NCBI RefSeq assembly: GCF_963921235.1
Contig: NC_086100.1
Coordinates: 200,882,001 to 200,946,000 of the forward strand
Direction: 5' to 3'
Source of the DNA: Mobula hypostoma
Taxonomy: Eukaryota
Length of the DNA: 64,000 bases
In this document: piece after piece, positions 47,200 through 59,189 of the stretch
Layout of the letters: every line of letters begins with the position of its first letter
How positions within the stretch are numbered: position 1 is the stretch's first letter
Program-made: the position numbers and the translations under genes
The notes under the pieces: generated by a model
Databases searched by the model: none
What the model saw: only the letters and a program-made list of their open reading frames with translations
What the model was told of the DNA's origin: nothing

Positions 47200-50150
47200 C
47201 TTTGCTTAACAGATTTTTTTACATGTGGATGGTACTGTTGATGCACTTGCACAATAGATCAAGGTCCAGTGCCCTTGGAGAGTGTGAGTGCGAGTGTAGC
47301 CTGTGTGTCCAAATACGGTCCACAAGGATGGGTTGGAGTGACGGTCAGACACTGAAATGCTCTGTCTGTGGAGCAACAAGAAGGTGAGTCGTACGGTTTA
47401 ACCTGAGTCCAGTGTTTCGACTAGCTGCCTCGCCGAGCTTGCACACAGACCAAGTGTCACTTGTCAAAAGTACCTGCTGTGGTCCTATCCATCTGGGAGC
47501 AAACCCTGGCCTTTCCGGCAGCACCCTCACCATGACTTGGTTGCCAGGCTGGGGGAGGACTATCTCCTTGCCCTCTGGCTCTCTCCGATCAGCACTGCAC
47601 TGCTGTTGTTTTGCTCAGTTCTTCAACACTTTAAGTTGGTTACAGAGGTCTTTCACACACTGTGTCACTCTATCCCTGTAAGCCCCAGGCTCCCCGCAAC
47701 TCGTAATTAAGAAGGGGCGGGTGTGGGGGGCCTTTCTCTAACTTCTGGTAATGCCCCCCCCTTCACCATTTCCCATCCCCTTTCCCTCTCTCACCTCATC
47801 TCCTTGCCCACCCATCGCCTCCCTCCGGTGTTCCTCCCCTTTTCTTTTTGTCTCTTCCACCAATCAACTTCCCAGCTCTTTACTTCATACCTCCCCCTCC
47901 AAGCTTCACCTGTCACCTTGTGTTTCTCTCTCTCCTTCCCCCACCTTTTAAATCTACTCCTCGGCTTTTTTCTCCAGTCCTGCCGAAGGGTTTCATAACA
48001 TAAGAAATAGGAGCAGGAGTCGGCCATCTGGCCCGTCGAGCCTGCTCCACCATTCAGTACGATCATAGCTGATCTGACCACGGACTCATCTCCACCCACC
48101 TGCCTTTTCCCCATAACCTGTAATTTCTCTTCTACGCAAGAGACGTATCGGCCGGAAACGTCGACTGTACTCTTTTCCTGGATGCTGCCTGGCCTGCTGA
48201 GTTCCTCCAGTGTTGTGTGTGTTGTGTATTCTGTGGGTTGTACATGTTTGCTGCCCCTGACTTGTCCATGTTACTTCTCCCTTTCACACATCGAAAACAG
48301 CCCCTGCTTCCCTTAGGTTGTCTATTCCAAGGATGGTACCCCTCATTATTTGGACACACTCAGAAATTCTCTGGAAGCTGCACTCCCTGGATTTCGAGTA
48401 TTTGCGAATCCCTTCTTTCTGCTTTCACTGTTTTCCCTTCTACACCCTGAATATAAATTACCTGTCCGGTTGTTGGCAAGGGTAGGTCTGTTATCGATAC
48501 CAATGCCCCTGTGTCCACTAACATATTACATTGCCGTCCCCCTAACAATGCTGTTGTGTACATCCACGGGTCATTAGCACTGGCAGTGAGGGCCGCCGCC
48601 ACATCTTTTCCTGACCTAGAAGCCGTTTTTACCAGCCCTATGATCTGATCGACAGTCAGACTGGGCGCCGGTGGGGTGAGAGATTGCGTGTCTGCTGTGA
48701 CATTCACCTGTTTTTCTTTCCTCTTTTTTGGACACTGCCCCCAACCATGTCCCAATAGGCCACACCTGGAGCATATCAACTCCCTTACCCTCCCACATCT
48801 ATTCCAGCAGTCCCTTGCTTCGAGCCCTGGTCACCGGCAACCAAAACAAACTCTCTGGTATATCACAGCAGCTATAGCCACTTTATGATCTCTCTTGCAC
48901 GTTCTTCAGTCTATCTCACTGGCCCACAAAGCTATCACAGAGTAGGTTGACCCCACCCTAAATCTAAAATTTCCTGGTGGGCTGAGCTCTGACCTTCTTT
49001 CAGCATTTTCAGGAAGACTTGTTCATCCCTCCCTGGATTATCCAACCCGGAATACTCCTCATACGCTCGATATTTACATTCTGCATAATCCATGGCTGTC
49101 TCATCAGCTCTTTGATCCTCTGCCATTATCGTTCCCCAGTTACTTTTGCCTCCCCCCAGTTGCTGCCTCACTTCCCCTTTAAAAAAGCGATATCTTTCTT
49201 TATTGCTGGCGTTCCCGATAGTTGCCCAGGTACCAATCCGCACTCCCTGGGTCACCCTGTCCCACATATTCCTTGGGCACTTTGCTTTTACCAACACATG
49301 TATATCTTTAGGGTGCATCTGATGAATTTCAACCAGTTCCTCGAGCTTGCACCAGAATTCTGAATTCCCACATGCAACTTTAAGTGGGGGCAACTCTGAC
49401 AAAATGCTCTGTTTCTCCCGGGGGGGGGTGGGGTTGAAGGGCTTATGAATGGTCGTAATCAGAGTCACGGGCTGGCTCGGATCATCAGGGATCTCGACCT
49501 GACGTTGCCAGATCTCAATAGGTGCCATCCTGACAGATATATCTGGGTAAAACCTTTCCCTGAAATATCTCCACACGAATCCCCACACTTCACAAAGTAT
49601 AAAAGATGGGTACCAGTTAAACAGCACATACTTAAAACTGCAGAGTATGTACTCCGCAATCTGCCACTTTTGAGCATCTGAACTCATGATGCCTGTTGTA
49701 TTCCTTTGCATCACACTTGCAAAACGTGTACGCTAAAATGAAACTCCCCTGAATGAGTATACACGCCCCCACTCTGGCGTCCTGAACCGTTGGTAACCAC
49801 CCTTCACAAATGGTGGCTCCGTTTCACCAAATTAATACGCAAAGTTTCATCTCTTACACAAACACACACACACACACGACTTTTATGTCTACCAGTTCAG
49901 CTCTCCGTGTTTGTAATACCTCGTGTTCCCATGTACCACCGACTCAAACAGATCCAAGTGTGAGTGCTAATTTCTAAAAATACTCACCCACTTAGACCAG
50001 TAAGATTACTGGCCACGCGATGGGTGATGAAGGTATCCCACTTCTGACACCAAATGTTGCTGCGTGAATGAAGACACCAGAGATAAATACTGGTAGATAC
50101 AAAGCAGCTTCTTTATTCGACAAAACAAGATACAGCAGGCATCATATCGA
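47200..50150 (-). mobile_element. Internally deleted endogenous retrovirus-like LTR element
   Basis: LTR remnant 50055-50150 ending in CA; PBS TGGTGTCAGAAGTGGGAT (50035-50052); gag-like 48935-49714; CCHC CSRCGLLGHGWGQC; protease LVDTGA; integrase C-terminal WIGPQQVLLTSDT. Confidence 0.8.
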
Positions 50151-51790
50151 GATTATAGACCAGTTAGCCTGACCTCAGTGGTTGGGAAGATGTTAGAGTC
50201 AATTGTTAAAGACAAGGTGATGGAGTTCTTAATGACACAGGACAAGATAGTACAAAGTCAGCATGGTTTCCTTCAGGGAAAATCCTGCCTGGTGAAGCTC
50301 TTGGAATTCCTTAAGGAGATTACAAGTAGGATAGATGCAGTGAATGTTGTATATTTGAACTTCAGATGGCCTTTGACAAATTAAGAGCCCGATGCATTAC
50401 AGGAAAGTTGCTAAGATGGTTACAGCATTAGCTAATTGGTAGGAGGCAGCGAGTGGGAATAAAAGGATCCTTTTCTGGTTGGCTGCCAGTGACTAGTGGT
50501 GTTCTGCAGGGGTCGGTGTTGGGACCACTTCTTTTTATGCTGTATATCAATGATTTAGATGATGAAATAGATGGCTTTGTTGCCAAGTTTGCAGATGAAA
50601 AGAAGATTGGTGGAAGGGCAGGTAGTGTTGAGGAAACAGGTAGGATGCAGAAGGACTTAGACAGATTAGGAGAATGGGCAAGAAAGTGGCAAATGAAATA
50701 CAATGTTGGAAAATGCACGGTCATGCACTTTGGTCGTAGAAATAAATATATGGACAATTTTCTAAATGGGGAGAAAATCCAAAATTCTGAGATGCAGAGG
50801 GACTTGGGAGCCCTTATGCAGAACACCCTGCAGGTTAACTTGCAGGTTGAGTCGACGGTGAGGAAGGCAAATGCAATGTTCACATTCATTTCAAGAGGTC
50901 TAGAATACAAGAGCAGGGATGTGATGCTGAGGCTTTATAAGGCACTGGTGAGGTCTCACCTTGGGTATTGTGAACAGTTTTGGGTTCCTCATCTTAGAAG
51001 ACATGTGGTGGCATTGGAGAGGGTCCAGAGGAAGTTCACAATGCTGATTCCAGGAATGAAAGGGTTATCATACGAGGAACATTTGATGGCTCTGGGCCTG
51101 TACTCATTGGAAGTTAGAAGGATTGATGGGGAGGGGTCTCATTGAAACCTTTCAAATGTTGAAAGGCCTAGACAGAGTAGATGTGGAAAGGATGTTTCCC
51201 ATGGCAGGAGAGTCTAGGACAAGAGGACACGGCCTCAGGATAGAGGGGTGTCCTCTCAAAACAGAGATGCGGAGAAATTTCTTTAGGCAGAGAGTAGTAA
51301 TTCTGCTCCTGTATCTTATGGTCTTATGCTTTCGGTTGATATGTCTTGCTGGTCCAACATGGGGCTCGATATTTTATGTGATAAACATCAAAGAACAATT
51401 CCATATTTACAAAGTATGGACAATGCTTTCTTTGAAACTACACAGAAAATTCACATCTCCATATTTGCACACATAACACAGACAACCAAATGATTTTTAA
51501 TCAGCATTGTTTGGCCTGAGATTCAGAGCTTTCAGGACCCTATTGTTCAGGGGTGCACTCCAGATAATATCCACAATACATATTCAGTTGCCACGAGTGG
51601 CTGTGGAGGCCAAGTCATTGGGTGTATTTAAGTCAGAGATAGATAGGTTCTTGATTAGCCAGGGCATCAAAGGGTATGGGGTGAAAACAGGGGAGTGGGG
51701 ATGACTGGAAGAATTGGATCAGCCCATGATTGAATAGCTGAGCAGACTTGACGGGCTGAATGACCTACTTCTGCTCCTGTATCTTATGAA
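50150..51790 (+). mobile_element. CR1 RT fragment
   Basis: QGSVLGPLLF...AKFADE (50453-51145); 3' end split by 51330-51585. Confidence 0.85.
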
Positions 51791-52109
51791 GATTGATAGC
51801 CAAACTCATTTGCTAAATATGAATGTGCTGAACCCAAAAACTGTCTCAGAAAGGCTGCATCTATTATTAACGACCCCAGCACCCAGGACATGCACTTTTC
51901 TCACTGTTACCATCAGGTAGGAAGTATAGAATCCTGAAGGCACACACTCAGCGATTCAGGAACAGCTTCTTCCCCTCTGCCATCCGATTCCCAAATGGAC
52001 ATTGAACCAGTGAACACTGCCTCACTTCGTTAATATCTATTATTTCTGTTTTTGCATGATTTTTAATCTCCAATATACATATACTGTAATTGATTACTTA
52101 TTTCTTGCT

Positions 52110-53200
52110 TTATGGATTTAGAATTGGCTTGCCGTCAGAAGGCAAAGAGTGGTTGCAGACGGGTCATACCCTGCATGGAGGTCGGTGACCAGTGGTGTGC
52201 CTCAGGGATCTGTTCTGGGACCCATTCTCTTTGTGATTTTTATAAATGACCTAGATGAAGGAGTGGAGGGATGGGTTAGTAAGTTTTCTGATGATACAAA
52301 GGTTGGGGGTGTTGTGGATAGTGTTAAGGGCTGTCAGAGGTTACAGCGGGACATTGATAGGATGCAAAACTGGGCTGAGAAGTGGCAGATGGAGTTCAGC
52401 CCAGTTAAGTGTGAGGTGGTTCATTTTGGTAGACCAAATATGATGGCAGAATATAGTATTAATGGTAAGACTCTTGGCAGTGTGGAGGATCAGAGGGATC
52501 TTGGGGTCTGAGTTCATAGGATGTTCAAAGCAGCTGCGCAGGTTGACTCTGTGGTTAAGAAGGCGTACAATGCATTGGCCTTCATCAACCATGGGATTGA
52601 ATTTAGGAGCCGAGAGGTAATGTTGCAGCTATATAGGACCCTGGTCAGACCCCACTTGGAGTACTGTGCTCAGTTCTGGTCGCCTCACTACAGGAAGGAT
52701 ATGGAAACCATGGAAAGGGTGCAGAGGAGATTTACAAGGATGTTGCCTGGATTGGGGAGCATGTCTTATGAGAATAGGTTGAGTGAACTTGGCCTTTCCT
52801 CCTTGGAGCAACGAAGGATGAGAGGTGACCTGATAGAGGTGTATAAGATGATGAGAGGCATTGATTGTGTGGATAGTCAGAGGCTTTTTCCCAGGGCTGA
52901 AATGACTAACACAAGAGGGCACAGTTCTAAGGTGCTTGGAAGTAGGTACAGAGGAGATGTCGGGGTAAGTTTTTACTGTGAGATTGATGAGTGTGTGGAA
53001 TGGGCTGCCGGCAATGGTAGTGGAGGCGGATACTATAGGGTCTTTTAAGAAACTCCAGGATAGGTACATGGAGCTTAGAAAAATAGAGGGCTATGGGTAA
53101 CCCTCGGTAATTTCTAAAGTAAGTACATGTTCGGCACAGCACTGTGGGCTGAAGGGCCTGTATTGTGCTGTAGGTTTTCTATGTTTCTATGTTTCTATTT
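52110..53200 (+). mobile_element. CR1 RT 3' fragment
   Basis: GVPQGSVLGP, KFSDD, (TTTCTATG)n tail. Confidence 0.88.
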
Positions 53201-53740
53201 CTTTATTATTCTTCGTCTATATTATGTATTACATTGAACTGCAGGCAGACACCCCACCCTGCAAAAACTCATTTCAGGGAGGTATCACCCCCGCCACCCC
53301 CCCCCCCCGCAGCCCCATATCACCCCCCCGCCCCACGGTCGACCTCCAAGGGTGTACGTAATACTTTGTTTAATGATTTTGTCTAATCTGTAAACCAAGT
53401 TGGGTATATGCAGAAAATGTGACATTAAAATATGTACTTATGTTATATTATATTATTATGTTTATTCTATTACAACTTTAAGCAAGTCTTCAGGGAGTTT
53501 GGCCTCATTACATAGGACATCAATAGCATAGCTCCTTAGCAGCCAGCCAACCAGTTTAAATAACGTTAGCTATGCTAATGAACGAATGTGTTAAACTCAC
53601 CTCAACATGTCTTTTACATTTTAACCCACCATGGGCAATAGAAAAGTCACTGTTGCAAACAGTGCAGCGAGCAACACTGTCATTATTTTTGAGGTCGACT
53701 GTAAAGCCCACCCACAGAGAAAACTGATAGGTCTACTTAG

Positions 53741-54628
53741 CAGGGGGCCGCAGTCGTTTTTGCACCGCAGACCGGTTTAATATTGACAAACAACAGGAAT
53801 TCTGCAGATGCTGGAAATTCAAGCAACACACATCAAAGTTGCTGGTGAACACAGTAGGCCAGGCAGCATCTCTAGGAAGAGGTACAGTCGACGTTTCAGG
53901 CCGAGACCCTTCGTCAGGATTAACTGAAGGAAGAATATTGACAATATTCTTGCGGACCGGCCGACGGGGGGGGGGCGGGGGTATTAATCACAACCGGAAT
54001 ATAGGTGATAAGTCAATCTCATCATAACATTTTAAGTAACGTTTGGATATTAAACACACAGCGCATATTTTCCCCGTATGAACATATAAAATTATAGCAA
54101 CACACCAATATCGCTGAATCAGTGGAAGCCCTGGGCTTGTTTTCCTGCAACAAGATGGTCCTATCAAGGGGTGATGGGAGACAGCGATACTCGAAGGGGG
54201 TTCCTTATGTCCAGTCTGTTCCGCAATTTAGTTTTCGTTGCATTCATTGCAGAAAACCCCGCTTCAGAGAGATATGTTGGAAATGGAAGCAACGTTTTCA
54301 GTGCTTCCGTGGCTATCTCAGGACATTCAGCCTTGACTTTGATCCAGAATGCCGTCAGAGATGTTATGTCAAAAATACTTTTCAGCCGGCCGTCATTCGC
54401 AAGCTCGAGGAGTTGATCTTTTTCCCGCGCTGACATGGATGATTCACCGGGGACATTCACAAATGGGTCACGGATCCATTCCTTTGCTCGTCTCGGGTCA
54501 CTGATGACCTCGCGTGCATTAAAATTCAACAGTGCGTGACAGGGAATGAGGAAAGGTGCAGCTGACTCATATCATTTCATATCGCCAAATCACATTGTTT
54601 CCTCGCAGCCCGGTGGTTGGGGACCACT
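53741..54628 (-). mobile_element. Non-autonomous hAT (Buster/Charlie-type) with dimerisation-domain relic
   Basis: WIRDPF..FWIKV..LLPFPTYLSEAGFSAM..KTKLRNRL (54164-54529); ends CAGGGG... / ...TTGGGGACCACT. Confidence 0.8.
53790..53933 (-). mobile_element. Short Penelope tail with intact hammerhead core, nested in hAT
   Basis: CTGACGA-AGGgtctcggCCT-GAAA-CGTC on the minus strand (about 53886-53921); TSD AATATTGACAA (53779-53789, 53934-53944). Confidence 0.82.
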
Positions 54629-54859
54629 CTTAGCACAAAGAGAGACCAATCAGGATGCTCGCTCACCCTCTCCCACTCCCTCTCAAAAAATCTATTTCCG
54701 GGATATTGTATATAATTTCCGGTGTCAGGGAGCCACTACCGAGATGCGGGAGACTCCCGGAACTTCCGGGAGAGGTGGGATGTCTCAAACTGCTGCTGCT
54801 AAGTTAACAAATTTCGTGACACATGCCGGTGATAATAAACTTGGTTCTGATTCTGACAT

Positions 54860-56520
54860 TACTGTATTGATATTGAGTGAGAGGTTGTTGTTATGACACC
54901 ATTCAGCCAAATTTTGAACCTCCCTCCTGTACGCTGATTCATCACCACATTTGATACAGCCCACAACAGTGGTGCCATCAGCAAACTTGTATATGCTGTT
55001 GGAGCTGTACTTAGCCACACAGTCGTAGGTGTAAAGTGAGTAGAGCAGGGGGCTAAGTACAATTCCTGTGGTGCTCCTGTGCTGATGGAGATTGTGGAGG
55101 AGATGCTTTTGCCAATCCAGACTGACTGGGGTCTATAAGTGAGGAAAAGTAGAGCAGGGGGCTAAGTACAATTCCTGTGGTGCTCCTGTGCTGATGGAGA
55201 TTGTGGAGGAGATGCTTTTGCCAATCCAGACTGACCGGGGTCTACAAGTGAGGAAAAGTAGAGCAGGGGGCTAAGTACAATTCCTGTGGTGCTCCTGTGC
55301 TGATGGAGATTGTGGAGGAGATGCTTTTGCCAATCCAAACTGACTGGGGTCTATAAGTGAGGAAAAGTAGAGCAGGGGGCTAAGTACAATTCCTGTGGTG
55401 CTCCTGTGCTGATGGAGATTGTGGAGGAGATGCTTTTGCCAATCCAGACTGACCGGGGTCTACAAGTGAGGAAAAGTAGAGCAGGGGGCTAAGTACAATT
55501 CCTGTGGTGCTCCTGTGCTGATGGAGATTGTGGAGGAGATGCTTTTGCCAATCCAAACTGACTGGGGTCTATAAGTGAGGAAAAGTAGAGCAGGGGGCTA
55601 AGTACAATTCCTGTGGTGCTCCTGTGCTGATGGAGATTGTGGAGGAGATGCTTTTGCCAATCCAGACTGACCGGGCACTACAAGTGAGGAAAAGTAGAGC
55701 AGGGGGCTAAGTACAATTCCTGTGGTGCTCCTGTGCTGATGGAGATTGTGGAGGAGATGCTTTTGCCAATCCAAACTGACTGGGGTCTATAAGTGAGGAA
55801 AAGTAGAGCAGGGGGCTAAGTACAATTCCTGTGGTGCTCCTGTGCTGATGGAGATTGTGGAGGAGATGCTTTTGCCAATCCAGACTGACCGGGGTCTACA
55901 AGTGAGGAAAAGTAGAGCAGGGGGCTAAGTACAATTCCTGTGGTGCTCCTGTGCTGATGGAGATTGTGGAGGAGATGCTTTTGCCAATCCAAACTGACTG
56001 GGGTCTATAAGTGAGGAAAAGTAGAGCAGGGGGCTAAGTACAATTCCTGTGGTGCTCCTGTGCTGATGGAGATTGTGGAGGAGATGCTTTTGCCAATCCA
56101 GACTGACCGGGCACTACAAGTGAGGAAAAGTAGAGCAGGGGGCTAAGTACAATTCCTGTGGTGCTCCTGTGCTGATGGAGATTGTGGAGGAGATGCTTTT
56201 GCCAATCCAGACTGACCGGGCACTACAAGTGAGGAAATCCAGGATCCAATTGCACAAGGGGGTATTGATGCCAAGTCTTGGAGTTTACTGATCAGTTTTG
56301 AAGCCGTGATGGTATTAAATGCTGAGCTGTAGTCAAGAAAGAGCATCCTGATGTATGTGTCTTTGCTGTCCAGATGTTCCAGGGTTGTGTGAAGAACATC
56401 TGCTGTCGATCTATTGCTTTGGTAGACACATTGTAGTGGATACAAGTCGCCACTCAGGAGCTGATATAGTTCAACACCAGCCTCTCAACACACTTCATCA
56501 CTGTGGTCATAAGAGGCACT
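54860..56520 (-). mobile_element. Rex1/Babar RT fragment carrying a tandem expansion
   Basis: [15 protein letters not shown] (56143-56445), YKFADGTTVVG (54785-55018). Confidence 0.8.
55040..56237. repeat. Tandem array, 11 x 109 bp
   Basis: Units start at 55040, 55149 ... 56130 (exact period 109). Confidence 0.97.
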
Positions 56521-58112
56521 TGTGAGTCCCTCAGATCCTGAGTGTGATACTGTCTGGAGACTGGCTCCTGGTGATAAGGACAAGGAGAGGTTCCAGTCAG
56601 ACAGCGATCCAACCAAGGCCTCAATGGTGGAACTGGCAGAAGGTGATGACACCTCCCAATGTCTTTGAAGGTAGAGGACGACTGCAACAGTGAGCGGAGT
56701 CCAGTGGTCTTGCATTCCATGTCACCGGACCTTGACCCTGATCTGTCAATGACTGCGTAGTGGCTGTCTGTGCGTCAGCCTCCCCATTTTAAACAAAGTT
56801 ACATACAGGCATTCTCCATGAAGGGAATTCACCCAACTGTATAGTCATGGGCATTAAGGCTGAGAGCAAGATTCGAGATGACTCTCTGGATATCTTAGAG
56901 AGGGCACAGGACCTCCTAAAATGGGAGAGTGAGCAGTCAGAGGTCACGGTGCATATTGGTACCAATGACATAGGCAGGAAGGGAAATGAGGTCCTGGGAA
57001 TCAGGCAGAAATTACAGACACAAAGGTCTGTAATCTCTGGACTTCTCCCAGTGCCATGTACTGGTGAGGGTAGGGCAGATGAATATGTGGTTGGAGGACT
57101 GGAGCGGGAAGGAGGGCTTCAGATACTTGAACCAAAGGAATCACAAGAGGTACGAGTTGCACCTGAATTGGAAGGAGATCAATATCCCAGAATGGAGATT
57201 TACTGGAGCTGTCTGGCTGGCTTTAAACCAGTCTAGCAGAGAGGTCAGACCCAAAGTGTTAGTATTTCAGACATGCCAGTTCAAATTGGCATCATGGTCA
57301 GTATAGCCATCATGATCAAGGTGCTTGTTCATATTCTGTACTTTATGTTCAAAGTTTAAAGTAAATTTATTACCAAAGTACATATATGTCAGCATAAACT
57401 ACCCTGTGAATTGCTTTCTTGCAGGCATTCACAGTAAATACAAGGCAACTCAACAGAATCAATGAAAAACTACACGCAACAAAGACAAACAACCAATGCG
57501 CAAAAGACAATAGATTATACAAATACAAAAAGAGAAACAAAATAATAATAATATTATATAAATAATACATAATATTGAGAACATGAGTTGTCAAGGGTCC
57601 TTGAAGTGAGTCCATAGGTTGTGGAATCGGTTCAGTGTTGGGGTGAGTGAAGTGGTGATCCAGCCACCACAATGCAAAAATTTACCACCCTTTGCAATCT
57701 ACTCCTACACAGCTCACTTTTAAATGGCCACCTTCTTACCACCGTATTCAATCATTCAACATTCTCCCACCAGTGAATACAGCTCAACATCAGACCCCTT
57801 TAAGATCTCATGTGTTTCAGTCACACACGATGTACTAAACTCCATCACAAATTTCCTTAAGCTATAAAAATAGGTTGGATAAACCTGGGTTTTTCCTCTG
57901 GATTGGCAGAGGCTAAAGGGGAGATCTGCTGAATGTTTATAAGATTATGAAAGGCATAAATAGAGTAGACTGATAGTATCTTTTTCCCAGAGCTGAGAAG
58001 TCTTATACGAGAGAGCAGGCATTTATGGAGAGAGGGGATAATTTCAAAGGAGATGTGAGGAGCAAGTTTTTAACAGAGAGTGGTGGATGCCTGGAACGTG
58101 CTGCTTCGGGTG

Positions 58113-58395
58113 GTACATTAGGGTACAGGTACATTAGGGTACAGGTGCGTTAGGGTACAGGTGCATTAGGGTACAGATACATTAGCGTACAGGTACATTA
58201 GGGTACAGATACATTAGGGTACAAATACATTAGGGTACAGGTACATGAGGGTGCAGGTACATTAGGGTACAGGTGCATTAGGGTACAGGTACATTAGGGT
58301 ACAGATACATTGGGGTACAGATACATTAGGGTACAGGTGCATTAGGGTACAGGTACATTAGGGTACAGATACATTAGGGTACAGGTACATTAGGG
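58113..58395. repeat. Minisatellite, about 17-18 x 16 bp (GTACATTAGGGTACAG), within a CR1 3' fragment
   Basis: Read directly; flanked by CR1 3' sequence 57860-58575. Confidence 0.92.
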
Positions 58396-59189
58396 ACTTT
58401 TAAGAGGTGTTTAGACAGGAACATGAATGGGAGGAAAATGGAAGGATATGGACATTGTGTAGGCAGAAGGGATTAGTTTAGGGATTAGTCATTTGATTAC
58501 TAATTTATTCAGTTCAGCATAGCATTGTAGACTGAAGGGCTTTTTCCTGTGCTGTACTGTTCTATATTCTATGGTTAAGATTTCCAGCATCTACAGAATC
58601 TCTTGTGTCCACAATTATTCTCAACACTGGTGCTTAACAAGGCTGCAACTGCATAGCCAGATTCTGCTTTGACTCCACCTACAAGTTTGCAGTTCAGCCC
58701 ACAGTGCGCTGATTCTCAAATAACGATGAGTCGGAGTACAGGAGGAAGATTCAGAGCTTAGCGGTGTGACGACATGAGAACAACTTTTCCCTCAACGTCA
58801 GGGTGTCATTGACTTCAGGAAGCACATCAGTACTTATGCTCACTCAGAAGGCCAAGGAGATTCCAAAGAAGAGAAAATCTGCCGATGCTGGAAATTCGAG
58901 CAACACACACAAAATGCGGAGGAACTCAACAGTCTAGGCAGCATCGATGGAAAAGAGTACAGTAGATACTTTGGCCTGAAATGTCGACTGTACTTTTTTC
59001 CATAGATGCGGCCTTGCCTGTTGAGTTCCTCCAGCTTTTTGTGTGAGTGGCCTAGGAAATTTGGTGTGTTTCCATAGACCTCACTAAATTTTATAGATGT
59101 GCCACAGACACTGCCCGAAGAAGGCAATGATAACCAATGTAGAATAATTTGCTGAGAACAATCATGGTCATGGAAGACCATGATTACCC

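Noticed and set aside
55040..56237. CRISPR-like regular array
   Set aside because: Units are contiguous near-identical 109-mers with no unique spacers, the context is eukaryotic, no cas genes are present, and the unit derives from Rex1 RT
58113..58395. Interstitial telomere
   Set aside because: TTAGGG is never tandem; it is embedded in a 16-bp CR1-derived unit
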